From the NCBI GenBank assembly GCA_029880755.1, contig JAOUNW010000002.1, forward strand, positions 1-46,049: 46,049 nucleotides of DNA, given 5' to 3'. Positions within the stretch are counted from its first letter, which is position 1, and each line of letters starts with the position of its first letter. Positions 42,423-46,049 of this stretch are shown piece after piece. Source of the DNA: Gammaproteobacteria bacterium (GTDB lineage Bacteria; Pseudomonadota; Gammaproteobacteria; Acidiferrobacterales; SZUA-150). The position numbers and the translations under genes were made by a program. The notes beneath the pieces are model-generated. The model worked only from the letters and a program-made list of their open reading frames with translations, did no database searches and was not told where the DNA came from.

Positions 42423-44192
42423 TTAGCAATCGGAAAGTGCATCAACTAATTCAGGAATATTTTCCCGGTAATTCTGCCAACGTTGTAGAGATTTCCGATA
42501 AATCGGCTGTCTTACCTGATCAAAACTGGCCGTAATCGTTTGCCTGTCTGTATCGAAAAAATGCAAACACTGTTCTTGCCACTCAAGTCCACAAAAAGCC
42601 ACCAGTTCACGGCTTGTTGTTTCAAATTCACTCACCAAAATTTCGTATTCCAGATCAAAGAATTTCAGACCCAATACATTCTGCCAGTGATCCATTAATC
42701 TTCTATATTGCTTATAATAATGGGCAATGTCCCCTAGCTTCGTCGAATACGGGTGGGCTCCGCTAAAATTCTGGAAAAAAATAGACAAACATGTGTCCAA
42801 AGGATTTCTCTGGCAATGAATAACCCTTGCACCAGGAAACAATCGATCAATTACCCCGAGGTTCAGAAAGTTAGTGGGTAACTTATCTGTCACACGAAGC
42901 GCTCCCTGAGGGGAAATCTCATCCAAATGCGCCAGATATTGCTCAGCTATTTCCTCCGCTTTTTCCTGATTCCAATCCAGCACGCAAGCGGGATAGGCTT
43001 CATCAGATTCTAATCTTCGAGGCAAATCGGCAACAATTCGATTAATTTCAAGCAACTCTCCTGCACCGTAGACATCAGAGTGACTTGCCAGAATTTGCTC
43101 AGCCAGGCTTGTTCCGGAGCGTGGCATACCTACGATAAAGACCGGTAATTCAGCATTCAGCTGTGACTCATGCTGGTCTATGTCCATGTTGCTATTAAAT
43201 GCCAAAATTATACGGTCTATATTACTTGTATGCTCTTCCCTGTCGAAAGAATAGTTCAGCGCATCATTAGCCTTGCAAAAATCATCAAAAGCCTGGTCAT
43301 AATCGCCCTTTTTGTCATTTACATATCCTCTAGAGAAATACAGGCTTGCTTGATCACCGACACTGATCTGTTTGTTGCTTAAGAGAGCGCTAGCATGCTT
43401 TATCACGTCATCACATTGATCAAAGTGCCCGCAAAGATGGGCGTATGTCTCTATTGCAACCGTAGTTAGCGAATTTTTTTGTATCAGCTTCTTGATTATC
43501 TCTACCGATTTCTCTAGGTCTCGCCAAAGCAAATAGATATTCGATATCCCTGATAAAGCAACTGCATTTTCAGGATCCCTAGTTAGAACCTCTTTATAAA
43601 TATCCATTGCCTCATCTAGGGCGCCTTTCAAGCGAAGCGAGGTGGCCAATCGGCATTGCGCGTCTATCCAGCCCGGATTCTGTTCCAGCGTTTTTCGAAA
43701 AATATCTACCGCATCTTTGGTGTTACCCTTCGAAAGCAATGCGCTACCTAAGCTATGCAGCGCCTGCGGATAATGGGGCTGAAAATGTAATGCAGTCTGA
43801 AAACTTGTTATTGCCTCATCAACCCTTCCTGACAAATAAAAAGCATTTCCCAGGTTATTGTGGGCCAAGGCGTTATTTGGCTGTAACTCAATCGCTACTG
43901 CAAAACTGGACAATGCTTCATTAGCATTTCCTAAGGACGCATACGCATTTCCGAGATATATATATGCGTTTACGTTACTTCGATCGATGGATATCGCTCT
44001 CTTGCAGCATTTGATCACCTCCGGGAAATCTCCCTTCTGTCCGCTTATTGAAGCGCGCATGATCCATATATCAGGATCCTCTGGTATTTTACTGGATAGC
44101 TTTTTCAATAACTGCTCCGCTTCGCGTATTTTGCCGCTCTGCAAGCACTTAATTGCTTTGTTCTTAATTTTCACCAATGATAAGTTAGACAT
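42423..44192 (-). CDS. TPR-repeat protein fused to a PAPS-dependent sulfotransferase domain
   Basis: The N-terminal half has several TPR units (A..YLGNAYASLGNANEA...A.EL.P). The C-terminal half has the 5'-PSB loop VGMPRSGTSLAEQILASH and sulfotransferase-like downstream motifs. Confidence 0.75.
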   Translation of the reverse strand: MSNLSLVKIKNKAIKCLQSGKIREAEQLLKKLSSKIPEDPDIWIMRASISGQKGDFPEVIKCCKRAISIDRSNVNAYIYLGNAYASLGNANEALSSFAVAIELQPNNALAHNNLGNAFYLSGRVDEAITSFQTALHFQPHYPQALHSLGSALLSKGNTKDAVDIFRKTLEQNPGWIDAQCRLATSLRLKGALDEAMDIYKEVLTRDPENAVALSGISNIYLLWRDLEKSVEIIKKLIQKNSLTTVAIETYAHLCGHFDQCDDVIKHASALLSNKQISVGDQASLYFSRGYVNDKKGDYDQAFDDFCKANDALNYSFDREEHTSNIDRIILAFNSNMDIDQHESQLNAELPVFIVGMPRSGTSLAEQILASHSDVYGAGELLEINRIVADLPRRLESDEAYPACVLDWNQEKAEEIAEQYLAHLDEISPQGALRVTDKLPTNFLNLGVIDRLFPGARVIHCQRNPLDTCLSIFFQNFSGAHPYSTKLGDIAHYYKQYRRLMDHWQNVLGLKFFDLEYEILVSEFETTSRELVAFCGLEWQEQCLHFFDTDRQTITASFDQVRQPIYRKSLQRWQNYRENIPELVDALSDC

Positions 44193-44302
44193 TTTTAATA
44201 TTCGCTGGCAGATAATCGGATAAATGGATTAGAGTCTACGCTATAATCATAGCATATTATGAATAATCTGACCGAGCACCTCATCTCATAACACAACACG
44301 CC

Positions 44303-46049
44303 ATGAAAACAGGACGCAACGATCCGTGCCCATGCGGCAGCAAAAGAAAGTTTAAAAAGTGCTGCGGGCAGTTGATCAACAAAAAATCGGAGACGCAGAA
44401 CATTGACACATCGTCGATCCTCAACCAAGCATGGCAATATTTCTGCATCGGACAAATGGAACAGGCGGGAGCCCTGTATCAAAAAATATTACAGATTGAG
44501 CCCAAAAATGTAGATGCACTACACCTGCTCAGCGGCGTCGCTTCCAAAACCGGGCATTTTAAATCAGCAGAGGATCTACTGAAAAAAGCCATTACCATTA
44601 AATCCGATGTGCCAGAATTTCACAATAATCTTGGTTATGTGCTTCAAATGCAGAGACGTCCCGCTGCGGCTATGCCCCACTATCGTCGCGCCCTGGAGTT
44701 AAATCCCGCTTATCCGAACGCTCACCTTAATCTTGCCAACTCCTTTCGTCTTCTCGGCAGATTGGATAATGCGATAACTCACTACAAAAAAGCGCTCGAG
44801 CTGGATCCGGGTAATTTTCTATCTCATACGAATTATCTGAATCTAATGAACTTCTCATCGAGATACAACAGAAACCAAATATTTCAGGAGCATGTAAAAT
44901 TCGGTGAATACATTTACAAATCTCTGAATCCAACGAATCCTGGTTATACCCACACTCGGGACAGAACAGGAAAAATTAGAATTGGCTATATCTCTGCCGA
45001 TTTTAGAACCCATTCCGTTGCGTATTATATTGAACCAATTCTTGCTAATCATGACTCTGACAATTTCGAGATTTTCGCTTATTACAACTATCACGTTAAA
45101 GATGCTATAACACAGAGGCTTGAGACATTCAGCCACCACTGGCGAGACATTCAACATCTGAGCGACACTGCCATAGCAAAAATCATTCATAATGACAAGA
45201 TCGATATTCTTGTCGATCTATCCGGGCATACTGCAGACAACCGCTTGGGTGTTTTTGTCTACAAACCTGCGCCAATTCAGGTTACTTATTTAGGCTACCC
45301 AAATACAACGGGAATCTCAACAATGGATTACAGACTAACTGATGAAGTCACTGATCCTACGGGAACTACTGAAGCTTTTCATACTGAAAAACTTATTCGT
45401 CTACCTACGTGTTTTTGTTGTTACCAACCACCGGATAGCTACCCCAATGTAGCTCCACTGCCGGCTCTAGATACAGGGCATATCACATTTGGTTCTTTTA
45501 ATAATTTTGCAAAAGTGACTCCCGAAGTTATATCTCTTTGGGCCAGGCTACTTACCGTCATCCCAGACGCGAGAATAGTATTAAAATCAAGTGGACTTGA
45601 CGAGATAGAGCAACAACGCTACATCAGAGAGGAGTTTGCCAAATTTAATATTAGTGCTAAGCAAATCACCTTATTAGGAAATGACCCAGACACCGAGTCT
45701 CACCTACAACGATATGGAACAATCGATATTGGGCTCGATCCTTTCCCTTACAATGGAACGACAACCACTTGTGAAGCTTTATGGATGGGGGTGCCAGTTA
45801 TCACATTGAAAGGACGCGATCACCGCAGCCGAGTCGGTTCCAGCCTGTTAACAGCAATTACTCTTAGTGAGTTTATTGCCAATTCACTCGAAGACTATGT
45901 AGGTATCGCAAGAACCATGTTTTCAAATCTCCCCTATCTCGCCAAATTGCGATCGGGCTTACGAGAACAAATGCAGAATTCCCCATTAATGGACTATGCT
46001 ACATTTACAAAACAACTCGAAGATACATATAGAGGTATTTGGGAGAAAT
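44303..46049 (+). CDS. SEC-C motif + TPR + GT41-like (SPINDLY/OGT-type) glycosyltransferase, 3'-truncated by the window end
   Basis: This ORF is not in the track because it runs off the window end. Hand translation from the ATG at 44303 gives MKTGRNDPCPCGSKRKFKKCCGQ (SEC-C zinc motif). TPR units follow (ALHLLSGVA...NNLGYVL...AHLNLANSF). The OGT-like C-terminal domain follows (IRIGYISADFRTHSV, DILVDLSGHT, VTYLGYPNTTG, DIGLDPFPYNGTTTTCEALWMGVPVITL). Confidence 0.75.
   Translation, partial: MKTGRNDPCPCGSKRKFKKCCGQLINKKSETQNIDTSSILNQAWQYFCIGQMEQAGALYQKILQIEPKNVDALHLLSGVASKTGHFKSAEDLLKKAITIKSDVPEFHNNLGYVLQMQRRPAAAMPHYRRALELNPAYPNAHLNLANSFRLLGRLDNAITHYKKALELDPGNFLSHTNYLNLMNFSSRYNRNQIFQEHVKFGEYIYKSLNPTNPGYTHTRDRTGKIRIGYISADFRTHSVAYYIEPILANHDSDNFEIFAYYNYHVKDAITQRLETFSHHWRDIQHLSDTAIAKIIHNDKIDILVDLSGHTADNRLGVFVYKPAPIQVTYLGYPNTTGISTMDYRLTDEVTDPTGTTEAFHTEKLIRLPTCFCCYQPPDSYPNVAPLPALDTGHITFGSFNNFAKVTPEVISLWARLLTVIPDARIVLKSSGLDEIEQQRYIREEFAKFNISAKQITLLGNDPDTESHLQRYGTIDIGLDPFPYNGTTTTCEALWMGVPVITLKGRDHRSRVGSSLLTAITLSEFIANSLEDYVGIARTMFSNLPYLAKLRSGLREQMQNSPLMDYATFTKQLEDTYRGIWEK

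Noticed and set aside
44195-45190. Minus-strand ORFs 44195..44482, 44727..44933 and 44855..45190
   Set aside because: They are antisense to the long uninterrupted SEC-C/TPR/GT41 frame that runs from 44303 to the window end.

Overview
This 46-kb window appears to come from a sulfur-oxidizing, probably gamma-, proteobacterium. It has four parts. (1) nt 1-11.4 kb holds housekeeping and signalling genes. These are the tail of an RNA-associated protein, a TauE/SafE permease, two Fe(II)/2OG hydroxylases, msrB, an FHA-nucleotidyl cyclase, a DUF2892 membrane protein, a HAMP-PAS-GGDEF-EAL protein and a 3-mercaptopyruvate-type sulfurtransferase. (2) nt 11.5-14.5 kb is a tight five-gene minus-strand operon transcribed divergently from dsrA. 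It encodes a TauD-like dioxygenase, a 65-aa ORF, an acidic protein of about 235 aa, an orphan Cas6/Cmx6-like RAMP protein and a DsrC/TusE homolog lacking both redox cysteines. I could not see any CRISPR array or other cas gene in the window. This is my best candidate for an undescribed system. (3) nt 15.0-31.8 kb is a complete oxidative-type dsr cluster, dsrABEFHCMKLJOPNR, with no dsrS. It is followed by a NarX/NarL-type two-component pair with a Cys-rich GAF domain and a convergent cysG. The operon contains intercistronic hairpins and an unlisted 37-aa ORF with a strong SD just before dsrN. (4) nt 31.9-46.0 kb looks more AT-rich by eye and appears accessory. Eight co-directional minus-strand genes sit behind a near-consensus sigma-54 promoter. 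They comprise five paralogs of an unrecognised secreted family of about 240 aa, a larger protein, an S8 protease, a lipoprotein and a cyclophilin fusion. Most of the paralogs and the larger protein end in a VPLPA-type PEP-CTERM-like sorting signal. One paralog has an in-frame amber at a conserved Trp, and one has lost the sorting signal. The S8 protease carries TSP3- and dockerin-like repeats. The cyclophilin is fused to duplicated choice-of-anchor-like domains. A divergent pair follows: a TPR-sulfotransferase and a SEC-C/TPR/GT41-like glycosyltransferase. I did not spot any rRNA, tRNA, transposase, integrase or CRISPR array by eye. All family assignments come from motif reading and memory, not from searches.
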